In this document: positions 41,701 through 51,516 of the stretch, in pieces | How positions within the stretch are numbered: the first letter of the stretch is position 1 | How the letters are laid out: each line of letters starts with the position of its first letter | From: an uncultured Chloroflexia bacterium | GTDB taxonomy: Bacteria; Chloroflexota; Limnocylindria; Limnocylindrales; CSP1-4 | DNA length: 64,000 bases | NCBI GenBank assembly: GCA_963837215.1 | Contig: CAWIML010000006.1 | Location: forward strand, 2,271-66,270 | Direction: 5' to 3' | Translations under genes and position numbers: made by a program | The notes under the pieces: model-generated | What the model was told of the DNA's origin: nothing | Seen by the model: only the letters and a program-made list of their open reading frames with translations | Database searches by the model: none

Positions 41701-42906
41701 ACACCCTGGCCTACGCCTGGGACCTCGACGCCGACGGCGCCTACGACGACTCGACGAGCGCCACCCCGAGCCGGACGTACACGCGCCGCCGGCTCGGTGA
41801 TCGTCGGCCTCCGGGTGACCGATCCCGGCGGCCTCTCGGACACCGACAGCGTGACCGTCACGGTCGGCGCGCCACCGGTCAACGAGCTACCGGTGCCGAC
41901 CATCGACGAGCCCACAGCCGACCTGACCTGGGCGGTCGATGATGTCATCACCTTCAGCGGCAGCGCGACCGATGCCGAAGACGGGGACCTCGGCCCCGCG
42001 TCATTGACCTGGACCTGGATCATGCACCACTGCACGACCCCGACGGCATGTCATACGCACAACATCGAGCAGTTCGTCGGCGTCGATGGCGACACGTTCA
42101 AGGCTCCCGACCACGAATACCCAAGCCATCTCGAGCTGCAGCTCACGGCGACCGACTCCGACGGCGGCTCAGCCTCGACGAGCGTCGAGATCCAGCCCAA
42201 GACGGTCGATCTGACCTTCACCTCGGCGCCAGCGACCGGGCTCCAAGTGATCGTCCAGAACGTGACCAGCACAACGCCCTTCACGCGAACGGTCCTCGTC
42301 AACGGGCGGTTCACGGCCACCGCCATCACGCCGCAGACCATCGGCAGCACCCAATACGACTTCACGAGCTGGTCGGACGGAGGCGCCCAGAGCCACGAGA
42401 TCACGGCGCCATCGACCCCGACGACATACACCGCGACATACGCCACCGCCGCCACGGTCACCACCCTGCCGGCCGCCGACGCCAACATCCGCTCGCAGCA
42501 GCCGACCAAGAACTTCGGGACGGCCAGCGTCCTACGCGTCCGTTCCGGACAGTCCCGCTCGTACCTGCGCTTCGTTGTCAGCGGCGTGACTGGTACGGTC
42601 ACCTCGGCGAAGCTCCGGTTGCGCGTCGTCGACGCCAGCCCCAACGGCGGCCGGATCTATGCCGTGACCGGGGCCTGGACGGAGACCGGCATCACATGGA
42701 ATAACGCGCCGGTGATCTCGGGCTCACCGATCGCGACGGTCGGCGCCGCCACCGTCGCGACATGGAAAGAGGTCAACCTGGGGACGTTCGTGACCGGCAA
42801 CGGCACGTACAATCTCGCCATCTCCGACGGTTCGAACGACGCGGTTGACTATCGAAGCCGCGAGACGGTGGACGATCCGCAACTCGTCCTGACGGTCACG
42901 CCGTGA
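38743..42906 (+). CDS. Secreted multidomain protein: PQQ-dependent sugar dehydrogenase beta-propeller, PKD, NPCBM, PKD, NPCBM, PKD, Ig-like region, DNRLRE/CBM-like C-terminus (three frame changes)
   Basis: An ATG at 38743 follows GGGAGGG, with signal peptide ARLLALGATLALIASFL. The propeller shows RVFVAEKAGLIKVFD, GLLGFTLAPNF, LRFGTDGKLYVSAGDG and GFRNPFR. The PKD modules show PLTVAFSGTGSSDPNGD. The NPCBM modules show LSYLSDL..NGYGPYERDTSNGE..ITC. The tail shows ADANIRSQQPTKNFG..LRFVVSG..GITWNNAP. The gene is pieced from track ORFs 38665..41136, 41133..41942 and 41797..42906, with shifts near ~41069, ~41113 and ~41788. Confidence 0.85.
40165..41858 (+). repeat. Tandem duplication of a PKD+NPCBM module (units of 717 and 719 nt plus a partial third)
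   Basis: AACCAGGCACCCACCGCG starts at 40165, 40882 and 41601. About 0.6 kb (about 40398-40990 versus 41117-41709) shows no mismatch by eye. Minus-strand track ORFs 40725..40985 and 41444..41704 are identical. Confidence 0.9.
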
Positions 42907-44059
42907 GGTTCTCGGCCGAGCGCTCCCTATAGGGGACGGTGGCGAAGCGGGCCACGATCGATGCGACGGTCCGGTCGAGCAGCGAAAGCTTGTCTGCCCG
43001 GCTGATCGTCATCCCAGGGTGTCGCGCCAGGCGCTCGTCGACGCCATCCTCGATGAGGCCAAGGGCGTCGATGCCGTGGATCGCATAGTCGAGCCCGAGT
43101 CCGCGCCGAGCCAGCCCGTCGAGGTGTCGATCGAGCGCGGCGTCAGAGATCATCGAGCGCATGGTGTGGTAGATGGGCAGGCGCGCGAAACGCGTGACGC
43201 TGACGGGAAACTCGGTGATCGACCGACCAGCAACGTCGTAGGTTCGTGGGCCCTCGCGCGTCGTCATGGGCGTGAGGCGGAGACGCAGGGCCATGCCGGG
43301 GCGACGGCTGCGTGCGGCAACGGCGAAGCGCAGGAGCGGCAGCAGCGGCGATGGGATGGTCGAGGCGTCGTAGCTATAGCCGGCGGTCGCGAGCCGCTCC
43401 AACAGGGCCCGGTCGATGTCCCAGTTCGGGGCCCGGAAGCCGATGATGGCCGTGCCGAGGGCGTCCTCGAGCAGCGCCTTCGACTGCACCAGCTCGACAT
43501 CGAGGCGGTCCGGTCGCAGACGGGCCAGGGCTGCCGGATGGGTCATCGAGTGGCAGGCGACCTCATGGCCCGCCGCTTCGATCAAGCGCAACGAGGCCGC
43601 CTGCGCCTGGGCGTCACGCCCGAGGGCGAAGAAGGTGGCGCGCACGTCATGCCTGGCGAAGATGTCGAGCAGGCGTGGGAGACCGGCGTCGAAGATGCTC
43701 GTGTCACGATGCGTGCTTGCCAGGCCGTAGCCGGCGAGGTGCACGTCGACAGGATCAAGGTCGACCCCGATCGTCGCCTGGATCCGGGTGGGGTCCGAAG
43801 GACGGAATGTGGTGCGGTCCGACAACGGGCGGGTCCCTTTTGGTGCCAGATGCGGCGCTCCGGCCTTGACCGGAACGCGCTTCGGAGCGTAGCGTCGGTC
43901 GCCGACGACCGTGATCCATGAGCGGACCGACACCCTAACCGGTCCGATCGCCGCAGACCAGCCATCCGCCCCGCGTCCCAGCCCAGCGACAGGTGCCCAG
44001 CCGATGACCGCAAGACCCCGAGCCGCCGTCATCGGCGGCGGCATCTCCGGCCTCGCCAC
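42896..44059 (-). CDS. Polysaccharide deacetylase (NodB-homology) family protein; start uncertain
   Basis: 387 aa track ORF with HDVRATFFALG and GHEVACHSMTHP. The annotated start would overlap the divergent gene at 44004, so a downstream start (for example GTG 43933) is likely. Confidence 0.8.
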   Translation of the reverse strand: MARPEMPPPMTAARGLAVIGWAPVAGLGRGADGWSAAIGPVRVSVRSWITVVGDRRYAPKRVPVKAGAPHLAPKGTRPLSDRTTFRPSDPTRIQATIGVDLDPVDVHLAGYGLASTHRDTSIFDAGLPRLLDIFARHDVRATFFALGRDAQAQAASLRLIEAAGHEVACHSMTHPAALARLRPDRLDVELVQSKALLEDALGTAIIGFRAPNWDIDRALLERLATAGYSYDASTIPSPLLPLLRFAVAARSRRPGMALRLRLTPMTTREGPRTYDVAGRSITEFPVSVTRFARLPIYHTMRSMISDAALDRHLDGLARRGLGLDYAIHGIDALGLIEDGVDERLARHPGMTISRADKLSLLDRTVASIVARFATVPYRERSAENLTA

Positions 44060-45341
44060 GGCCGTCCGACTGGCCGGCCTCGGCCATGCCGTAACGCTCT
44101 ACGAAGCCGAGCCTGGCCTCGGGGGCCTGGGCATGACCTTTCCCTACGGCGATGGCCACCTGGAGAAGTTCTACCACTGCATCCTGCCCGACGACCACGC
44201 CCTGCTCGGCTTCATCCGCGAACTCGGCCTGGAGGGCGACCTGCTCTGGCGGCGCACCGATATGGGTTTCATGCACAGCGGCAAGACGTACCCGCTCAAC
44301 ACGCCGATGGACCTGCTGCGCTTCTCGCCGCTGCCGTTCGTCGACCGCATCCGCATGGGCCTGCTCGGCATCCGCGCCCGACTCGCGCGGCCGTGACCCG
44401 GCCCTCGACGATCAGACGGTCAGCGACTGGCTCATCCGGCAGGTCGGTCAGCGGGCCTTCGAGACGGTCTGGCGACCACTCCTCGAGGCCAAGGTCGGCG
44501 ACAGCTACCCGGGCATCCCGGCGCTCTGGCTCTCGAGCCGGATGAACCGCGAGAAGAGCACCAAGCTCGAGGTCAAGGGCTGCCTGGTCCACGGCTATCG
44601 GTCCCTCATCGAGGCCTTCGAGCGCCGACTGCTCGAGATGGGGACCGAGATCCGAACCGGGACACGGGTGACCGCCGTCGAGCAGGACCCGGCGGGCATG
44701 CGCGTCCTGACGGAGCACGACAGCCAGGGCTTCGATCATGTCGTCGTCACGCTGCCGCTCGTCCAGTTCCAGGCGCTGACCCGCGGGCTGGAGCTCGATC
44801 CCTCGGTCGCCGGTCCACGTCTCGACTATCAGGGCGTGGTGAGCGGCGTCTTCCTGCTCGATCGAGCCGTTGACGAGCTACTACTGGATGCCGGTGGTCG
44901 CCAGCGGCGCGACCTGTCAGGGCATCATCGAGATGTCGAACCTCGTGCCCCTCGAGCGATCGCAGGGCCGATACGTGACGTACCTCGTCAACTACACGCA
45001 TCGGGATGGCCCGCTCTTCGCCCGTAGCGACGACGACTTGCTGGCCGCCTATCGGGCGGACCTGGCCCGCCTCTTCCCTGGTAGCGAGCAGACGATCAAG
45101 GACGAATTCCTCTTCCGGGCGCCCGTTCGTCGAGCCGATCTGGACGGTCGGTTACCAGCGGGTCAAGCCGCCGAATACGATCATCCCGGGCAGGCTCTAT
45201 CTCGCCTCGACTGCGCAGGTCTACCCACGCGTGAACTCGTGGGATTCGAGCTGCGAGGTCGTCGAGCGGATGATCCCGACCATCGTCGCCGAGACCGCCG
45301 CCGTCGCGGCCGAGCCGCGCGTCGTGGCGATGCCGGCGTGA
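44004..45341 (+). CDS. FAD/NAD(P)-dependent oxidoreductase (amine oxidase / phytoene desaturase-like; three frame changes)
   Basis: The ATG at 44004 begins MTARPRAAVIGGGISGLATAVRL. The sequence continues through track ORFs 44152..45027, 44870.. and 45006..45341 (..YLASTAQVYP..). Shifts lie near ~44390, ~44870 and ~45125. Confidence 0.7.
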
Positions 45342-46138
45342 TCACGGTCATCTTCCCGGCCTTCAACGAGGCCGGCGTCATCGGCCCGGCGCTGACCGCA
45401 CTGGGGGCGGTCGCTGCCCGACAGTCGGAGCCCTACCGGGCCATCCTCGTCGACGACGGCAGCACGGACGCGACGGTCGTCGAGGCCGAGGCAGCCGTCG
45501 CGGGCCTCGGGGGTGGCCTGCCGCTCGTGGTCCTCCGCCACGAGCAGAACCAGGGGCTCGGCGCGGGCCTCCGCACGGGCATCTATCACTGCCTCGACGG
45601 GCCGGCAGCGGACGACGACGTGGTCGTCACCCTCGATGCCGACGGCACGCATCCCCCGGAGCTCATCCCCGAACTCGTGGCCGAGCTGCGGGCCGGCCAC
45701 GACCTGGTCGTCGCGTCGCGGTTCCAGGCCGGCGCCACTGTGGTCGGGGTGCCGTTCATGCGGCTGGTCCTCTCGGGCGTCGGCCGCCTGGTCTTCCGCC
45801 TCGCTTTCCCGATGCGCGGGCTGCGCGATTACACGTGCTGCTTCCGTGCTTACCGCATGGCCATCCTGCGTGACGCACGCCGAGCTTACGGCGACGATCT
45901 GGTCACCGCTCGCGGATTCGAGGCCGTCCTCGACCTCGTGCTCCGGTTGCGGCCGCTCGGCCCACGCGTCGCGGAGATCCCCCTCCATCTGGACTATGGA
46001 CCGCGGGTGGGGCGTAGCAAGATGCACGTGCTGCGAACCATCCGGCGGACGCTCGTGCTCGTCGCCACGCGCTGGCTCGAGCAGTGGACCAAGGACTCGC
46101 CGGCACGCGTCAGGGCGCGCGTCGCAGCGGGTCGCTGA
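45338..46138 (+). CDS. Family 2 glycosyltransferase (polyprenyl-phosphate sugar synthase-like)
   Basis: A GTG at 45338 overlaps the upstream stop (GTGA). Motifs: VIFPAFNEAG, LVDDGSTD, TLDADGTHPPE. It reads through to 46138 within track ORF 44870..46138. Confidence 0.85.
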   Translation: MITVIFPAFNEAGVIGPALTALGAVAARQSEPYRAILVDDGSTDATVVEAEAAVAGLGGGLPLVVLRHEQNQGLGAGLRTGIYHCLDGPAADDDVVVTLDADGTHPPELIPELVAELRAGHDLVVASRFQAGATVVGVPFMRLVLSGVGRLVFRLAFPMRGLRDYTCCFRAYRMAILRDARRAYGDDLVTARGFEAVLDLVLRLRPLGPRVAEIPLHLDYGPRVGRSKMHVLRTIRRTLVLVATRWLEQWTKDSPARVRARVAAGR

Positions 46139-46143
46139 CGGGG

Positions 46144-47218
46144 ATGCGGATCGTCATCGCGGTCGGGACCCGTCCCGAGATCATCAAGATGGCGCCGGTC
46201 TACCGAGCTGCTGTGGCAGGCGGCCACGAGACGACGCTCCTGCACACGGGCCAGCACTACAGCGACTCGATGAGCGGGCGGTTCTTCGCCGAGCTCGGCC
46301 TGCCCGACCCCGATCGCGACCTGGCCGTGGGCTCCGGCAGTCACCCGGCACAGCTGGCCGCCGTCATCGCTGCGGCCGAGCCGGTGCTCGCTGCCTGGCA
46401 GCCGGACGCGGTGCTCGTCGAGGGCGACACGAACTCGGTCCTTGGGGTCGCTCTGGCGGCTCGAACCATGGGCTTCGCGCGTCGGCCATGTAGAGGCCGG
46501 GCTGCGCTCGCGGGACATGACGATGCCGGAAGAGCTGAACCGGATCCTCGTCGACCACCTGGCTGCGGATCTCTTCGCTCCGACGCCGGGCGCCGTTGCC
46601 AACCTTGCAGCCGAGGGTATCGATCGGCGGCGTCTTCATGGCCGGCAACACCGTCGTCGACGAGCTGGTGCGCCAGCGACCCGTCGCCCGCGCGACGGAG
46701 GCGCCCAGGGAGTTCGGCCTCGAGCGGCGCCGGTATGCGCTGGCCACGGTCCACCGAGCCGAGAACACCGAGCGGGAGGAGCGCCTGCGCGGCATCTTCG
46801 CCGGGCTGGCCGCGGTCGCCGCCGCGAGCGGGATGCCCTTGCTGGTCGCGCTGCACCCGCGCACCGCCGACCGGCTGGAGCGCCACGACATCGCCACGGA
46901 TCGTCGATCCGCATCGTGCCACCTCTCGGATACCACGCGTTCCTGGGCCTCATGGACGCTGCGGCGCTCATCCTCACCGACTCAGGCGGCGTGCAGGAGG
47001 AAGCCTGCGTGCTCGGCGTCCCGTGCGTGACGTTGCGCGACAACACCGAGCGACCCGAGACGATCGAGGTCGGGGCGAACATCCTGGCCGGCGCCGACCC
47101 GCTCGCCATCGCTGCCGCCGCCGCGACGATGATCGACCGGGGCGGCGGCTGGGCGCAGCCGTTCGGCGACGGGCTCGCCGGCGTGCGGATCGTGGAGGCG
47201 CTGGCGGCCGGGACCTGA
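46144..47218 (+). CDS. wecB: UDP-N-acetylglucosamine 2-epimerase (non-hydrolysing; three frame changes)
   Basis: The N-terminus reads MRIVIAVGTRPEIIKMAPV..HTGQHY. The next fragments are HVEAGLRS..PEELNR, NTVVDEL and TVHRAENT. The C-terminal part reads LGYHAFLGLMDAAALILTDSGGVQEEA..GVPCVTLRDNTERPET. These are spread over track ORFs 46084.., 46442.. and 46596... Confidence 0.85.
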
Positions 47219-47594
47219 CCGCCAAAGACGGTGCTTCCGGCGATGCACCGCCGAGTGTTGCGCGCGGTCAACGCATATCACCCCAAACCACCCCCAACCG
47301 CCCTAAATAGGCGAATCGACCTATCCGCGTGTGGCGGCTGTCCGGTAGAGTCTGATGTGTTCCGGATGGAATCGAGGTCAGCGTCGCCGGTAGCTGTACG
47401 AGGCGCCTGCCCGACTCCACCACGACGGGTCTTGAGGGGGGCCCGATCGGCGAACGAGCTCGGGGTCGCCGCATCTTCGCTCGCGGAAGCGACGACGTTT
47501 GCGTCCCCCGGATCGTCCAGCCGATCAGCGCCCACAGGCCTGTCTTAACGTCGGTGCGGCAGTGCCGCGAACGTCGATGACGCGGAGGGATTGA

Positions 47595-48125
47595 ATGATG
47601 CGGAAACTCCTGAAGACACTCGCCCTGGGATCGCTGTTGGCGATCCTTGTGGCATGGCCGGTCGCGGCCGCTAACGCCGTGACGATCGCCGGCGGCGGCA
47701 TCGTTGCCGGCTGCTTCACGGACGAAAGCGGAGACGAGATCGTCGCCGGAACCGTCACCGTGCTGTCCGGCACGGACGACTTCCACCTGACCCTGATGGG
47801 CCAGAACGCTGCGCTCCCGCCCGCGGGCTACTTCCCGCTTTCGGCCGCCGGCTTGGTCAACCCGCTGTTGATCGACAACACCGGCCCGGGCCCGTATGAC
47901 TTCGAGTTCAACACCACGAATGTCGATCCGTCGATCAAGAGCTTCCGGGTGGACTCGACCGACGCATGGGTGAACCCCGAGAAGTCCTTCAGCTTCCCAC
48001 GTGACTGCGACACGCCCATCGATGAGGCGCCGTTCGCGATCCTGCTCCTCGTCACCGGTGGCCTGGCGGCCCTCTGGTTCGCCTCCCGCCAGATGAAGGC
48101 GCCTGCGCCCACGACCGCCGCCTGA
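47595..48125 (+). CDS. Small secreted protein with a C-terminal tripartite sorting-signal-like tail (candidate exosortase substrate)
   Basis: Intact 176 aa ORF with RBS GGAGGG and signal peptide MMRKLLKTLALGSLLAILVAWPVAAANA. The C-terminus reads TPIDEAP, then the hydrophobic FAILLLVTGGLAALWFA, then the basic SRQMK. It lies 99 nt upstream of the exosortase gene. Confidence 0.7.
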   Translation: MMRKLLKTLALGSLLAILVAWPVAAANAVTIAGGGIVAGCFTDESGDEIVAGTVTVLSGTDDFHLTLMGQNAALPPAGYFPLSAAGLVNPLLIDNTGPGPYDFEFNTTNVDPSIKSFRVDSTDAWVNPEKSFSFPRDCDTPIDEAPFAILLLVTGGLAALWFASRQMKAPAPTTAA

Positions 48126-48223
48126 ACATCGCCCGTACGGCGCCTCGATCGATCGACGCGACGCGAGGCGCCGTCGAGCGCGCAGACATCCACGCGACCT
48201 AGCACCGAGAGGGCGGTATCGCC

Positions 48224-49849
48224 GTGAACGCCCCCGCCCCCGAGTTCGTCAAGTCGTTGGGCGCCCGCATCCCGATGCGGGCGCTCATCGTGTTGGGACT
48301 GGTCGCGCTCGCTTACCCGTGGTCGCTCTTGACACTGACGGAGGCGTGACGCTCCAGACGCCGCTCGCCTACCTCGCACTGGTGCCGGTCATCGCGCTCC
48401 TCCTGGCCGGGTCTCGCTGACCCGCCAGCCGGCGCCGATGCCCATCCACGATCGTCAGCTCGACTACATCATCGGGCTGGCTCTGATCCTCATGGCCGCT
48501 AGCGATCCTGCTGTTGCTGCCGGATAGCCTGCGCAGCCGGTTCTGGCTCTATCGCATCGACCTGCTCAGCCTGCCCTTCTTCGTGGCCGGCATCGTCACC
48601 CTGCTCTACGGCGTCCGCCGGCTGTGGGCGCTGCGGATCCCCATCCTCTTCCTCTTCCTGGCCTGGCCAGTCCCGTACCTGCCCCTCGTTGGTGATGGCT
48701 TGCGGACGTTCACGGACCTGTCGATCGCGGCGGCCACGGCCATCGCGAGTGTGAATCCGGCGGCTATCCCGGGAGCAGGCGAAGGCACGTTCATCGTCCA
48801 GTTCGCCGATCAGCCGTTCGTGGTCCTCATCGGCGCGGCCTGCGCCGGCGTCAACAGCATGGTCGGCTTCCTGATCATCGGGCTGGCGCTGACCTACGCC
48901 GTCCACGGCCCGCTCTGGCGAAAGGTCGCCTGGTTGGCCGATGGCCTTGTCCTCGTCTGGCTCTTCAATGTGCTGCGCATCGAGGCCATCCTCACCGTCG
49001 GCGCGCTGTTCGGTCGTCGAGCGGCCTATGACGTCCTGCACCCCGTCGCCGGCCTGCTCTTGTTCAACATCGCCATCGTCATCATGCTCCTGCTCATCCC
49101 GGTCTTCGGCCTGCGATGGCGGCCGGCGCTGGCGGGCGATGGGCGCAGTGCGCTGACGGCGCCACCCGGCGTCCGCAACGCGCGTCGTGCCGGGATCGTC
49201 GGCCTCGTCCTGGTCATCGCCTTCGCGACGGTCAACGCTGGTTATGCACGATTCGATTCCTTGCTCGGGGACCTGGTCGAGCCGAGACTGCGGGCGTTCG
49301 AGTTGAGTGCCGTCAAGATCGACGACTGGCGTGGCCGCCACCTTGCGGCATACAGCCAGGGCAAGCAGTTCTTCGGTGAGGCGTCGGAGTGGGATCGGTA
49401 TCTCCTGACGGCGGTCCCAGGGGCGGCGCTCTTTGCCAACGTGCCGGTCTACCTCGACGTCATCACGACCGACGACTACAACGCCCTTGCCGCCTACGGC
49501 GTGGAGGCCTGCTACGACTTCCATGGATTCGACATCGCGTCCATCGCGCCGGTCGACGTCGGCTCAGGGGTCACCGCCGAGGTCATCAGCTACACAGCGC
49601 ACGGAGCTAGGGACCGACTGGACGGCCATCTGGTGGGAGTGGCCATATCGCGTCGATGACAGCACGAGGTTCGCCCGCGTGACGATGCTCGTGCCTCAAG
49701 GCCCGACGGCCACGATCCAACACGATGAAGCCAACACGTGGACGTCGGAGTCGCCACGGTTCCAGGCCACCGAGGCCCTCCTTATCGATCTCGCCAAGCA
49801 GGTCGTGGCGACGCAGCTGCCGGCGCCCGACGAGGTCGCCAGCCGATGA
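48224..49849 (+). CDS. Exosortase/archaeosortase-family transpeptidase fused to an EpsI-like C-terminal domain (about four frame changes)
   Basis: Track ORF 48514..49659 holds the Cys in IGAACAGVNSM, the Arg in FNVLRIE and the His in VLHPVAGLLLF, inside a polytopic core. The N-terminus starts at GTG 48224 (..ALIVLGLVALAYPWSLL / LQTPLAYLALVPVIALLLAG / IHDRQLDYIIGLALILMAA) and is spread over three frames. An extra TM and a ~230 aa extracytoplasmic domain (..AYGVEACYDFHGF.., finishing in track ORF 49433..49849) follow. Confidence 0.75.
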
Positions 49850-51516
49850 GCGTCTTGCACATCCCGGACACCTTCCGAGCTGAGCCCGGAGACCTGCTCT
49901 GCGCGAAGTGCGGTGCGCCCCACGCCAAGGTCGGCACGGTTCTGCCGTCTGTGCGGCCATCGCGCACGGCACACCCCTCGCCGGCCAGCTCGTCGTGCAA
50001 GAGCCAGCCAGGGTCATGGCCCCTGCTGCGCCGAAGATCAAGACGGAGCGACCCTCCAAGCCACGCCCGACCGTCGAGAGCTGGGCCATCCTCGTCGATG
50101 AGCGCACCGGGATGCTCCAGCTGCCGGCCGAGCTGACCGCGGAGCGAACCTTCAGTCCGGCGCAGGCCCGGGCCTTCGCCATCGCCGGCTTCCTTCTGCT
50201 CGCCGCGTTCTTCATCCAGCCCCTGGCAACGGTCACCCTGCTGGTGGCTGCCGCAACGTTCCTCTACCTGAGCTCCATGGGCTACCGGATGAAGGCCTTC
50301 CTCGACGCCCTGCGGGCGCCGGCGGAGATCCGCGTCACCGACGCCGAGGCGCGTTCGATCCCCGACTCCGCGCTGCCGGTCTACACGGTGCTGGTGCCCG
50401 CCTATCGCGAGCCCGAGGTGATCGCACATCTCATCGCCGCGATCGACGCCCTCGAGTATCCGCGCGAGAAGCTCGACGTAAAGCTCTTGTTGGAGATGGA
50501 CGACCAGGCGACCTTCGATGTCGCGCGGCGCTCGATCAAGGGCAGCCACATCGAGATCATCCGCGTGCCGCCGTCATTGCCACGGACGAAACCGAAGGCC
50601 TGTAATTACGGCCTGACGCAGGCCCGCGGGGAGTTCCTCACCATCTTCGATGCCGAGGACCAGCCCGAGCCACTCCAGCTCCGGCAGGCGGCGGTCGCGT
50701 TGGCCGGGACTGAGCCGTCGGTCGCCTGCCTCCAGGCCAAGCTCGTCTACCGGAATGCGAACCAGAACATGCTCACCCGCTGGTTCACGACCGAATACGC
50801 GATGTGGTTCTCGCAGCTGCTCCCCGGCCTCGTCGCCCAGGGCGCACCGATCCCCCTGGGTGGCACGTCGAACCATTTCCGGCGCGACATCCTCGAGCGC
50901 GTCGGGGGATGGGATGCCTTCAACGTGACCGAGGACGCCGACCTTGGCGTCCGCCTGCACCGCCTGGGCTACTCGACGCGAGTCCTCGACTCGACGACCT
51001 ACGAGGAGGCCAACAGCGACTTCGTCAACTGGATCAAGCAACGATCGCGCTGGTACAAGGGCTACATGCAGACCTGGCTGGTCCACATGCGCGATCCACG
51101 GCGCCTCTATCGCGCTCTTGGGCCTCGGGCCTTCCTGGGCTTCAACCTCTTCGTCCTCGGGACACCGCTGCTGGCCCTGATCAACCCCATCTTCTGGGCC
51201 CTGACCATCCTCTGGTTCCTGACGAACGCTGCCGTCATCGCGTCCATCTTCCCGTCGTGGCTCTACTACCTGGGCCTGTTCTCCATGATCGTCGGAAACT
51301 GCGCCGTGATCTATAGCAGCGTGGTGAGCGCGCGGGCGACAGGCAACCCGGAGCTCGTCTTCGCGGCGGTCTTGTCACCGATCTACTGGGTGATGATGTC
51401 GATCGCGGCCGTCAAGGCGCTCGATCCAACTCATCAGCGCCCCGTCCTTCTGGGAGAAGACGACGCACGGCCTCGACCAACGGGCCGTGGAACGGAGCCA
51501 GCGTGCTATCCCCTAG
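49846..51516 (+). CDS. Zn-ribbon-fused processive family 2 glycosyltransferase (synthase type; about three frame changes)
   Basis: The ATG at 49846 overlaps the exosortase stop (ATGA). The N-terminus reads LCAKCG..(shift)..FCRLCGH. The core is track ORF 49908..51572 with VLVPAYREPEV, FDAEDQP, TEDADLG, QRSRWYKG and multiple TMs. The conserved tail IQLISAPSFWEKTTHGL lies one frame off (shift near ~51420), ending at TAG 51514-51516. Confidence 0.8.

Noticed and set aside
40165-41858. Possible CRISPR or other short-repeat array, also considered for 54319..54726
   Set aside because: The repeat unit at 40165-41858 is ~718 nt and codes for PKD+NPCBM domains. The 54.3-54.7 kb repeats are in-frame Pro/Thr/Ala codon repeats. 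Neither has a short-repeat/spacer organisation.
43934-44059. The longest start (44059) for the polysaccharide deacetylase
   Set aside because: It would overlap the divergent oxidoreductase gene start (44004) by 56 nt, and it adds an Ala/Gly/Pro/Arg-rich extension before the conserved domain. It is kept in the feature span only because no alternative start has a convincing RBS.
47219-47594. c-di-GMP (GEMM-type) or other riboswitch in the long leader of the candidate exosortase substrate
   Set aside because: I saw CCGGTAG twice but none of the conserved GEMM features, such as GCAAA-type receptor/tetraloop elements. No recognisable riboswitch core is present. An Rfam scan would be needed.
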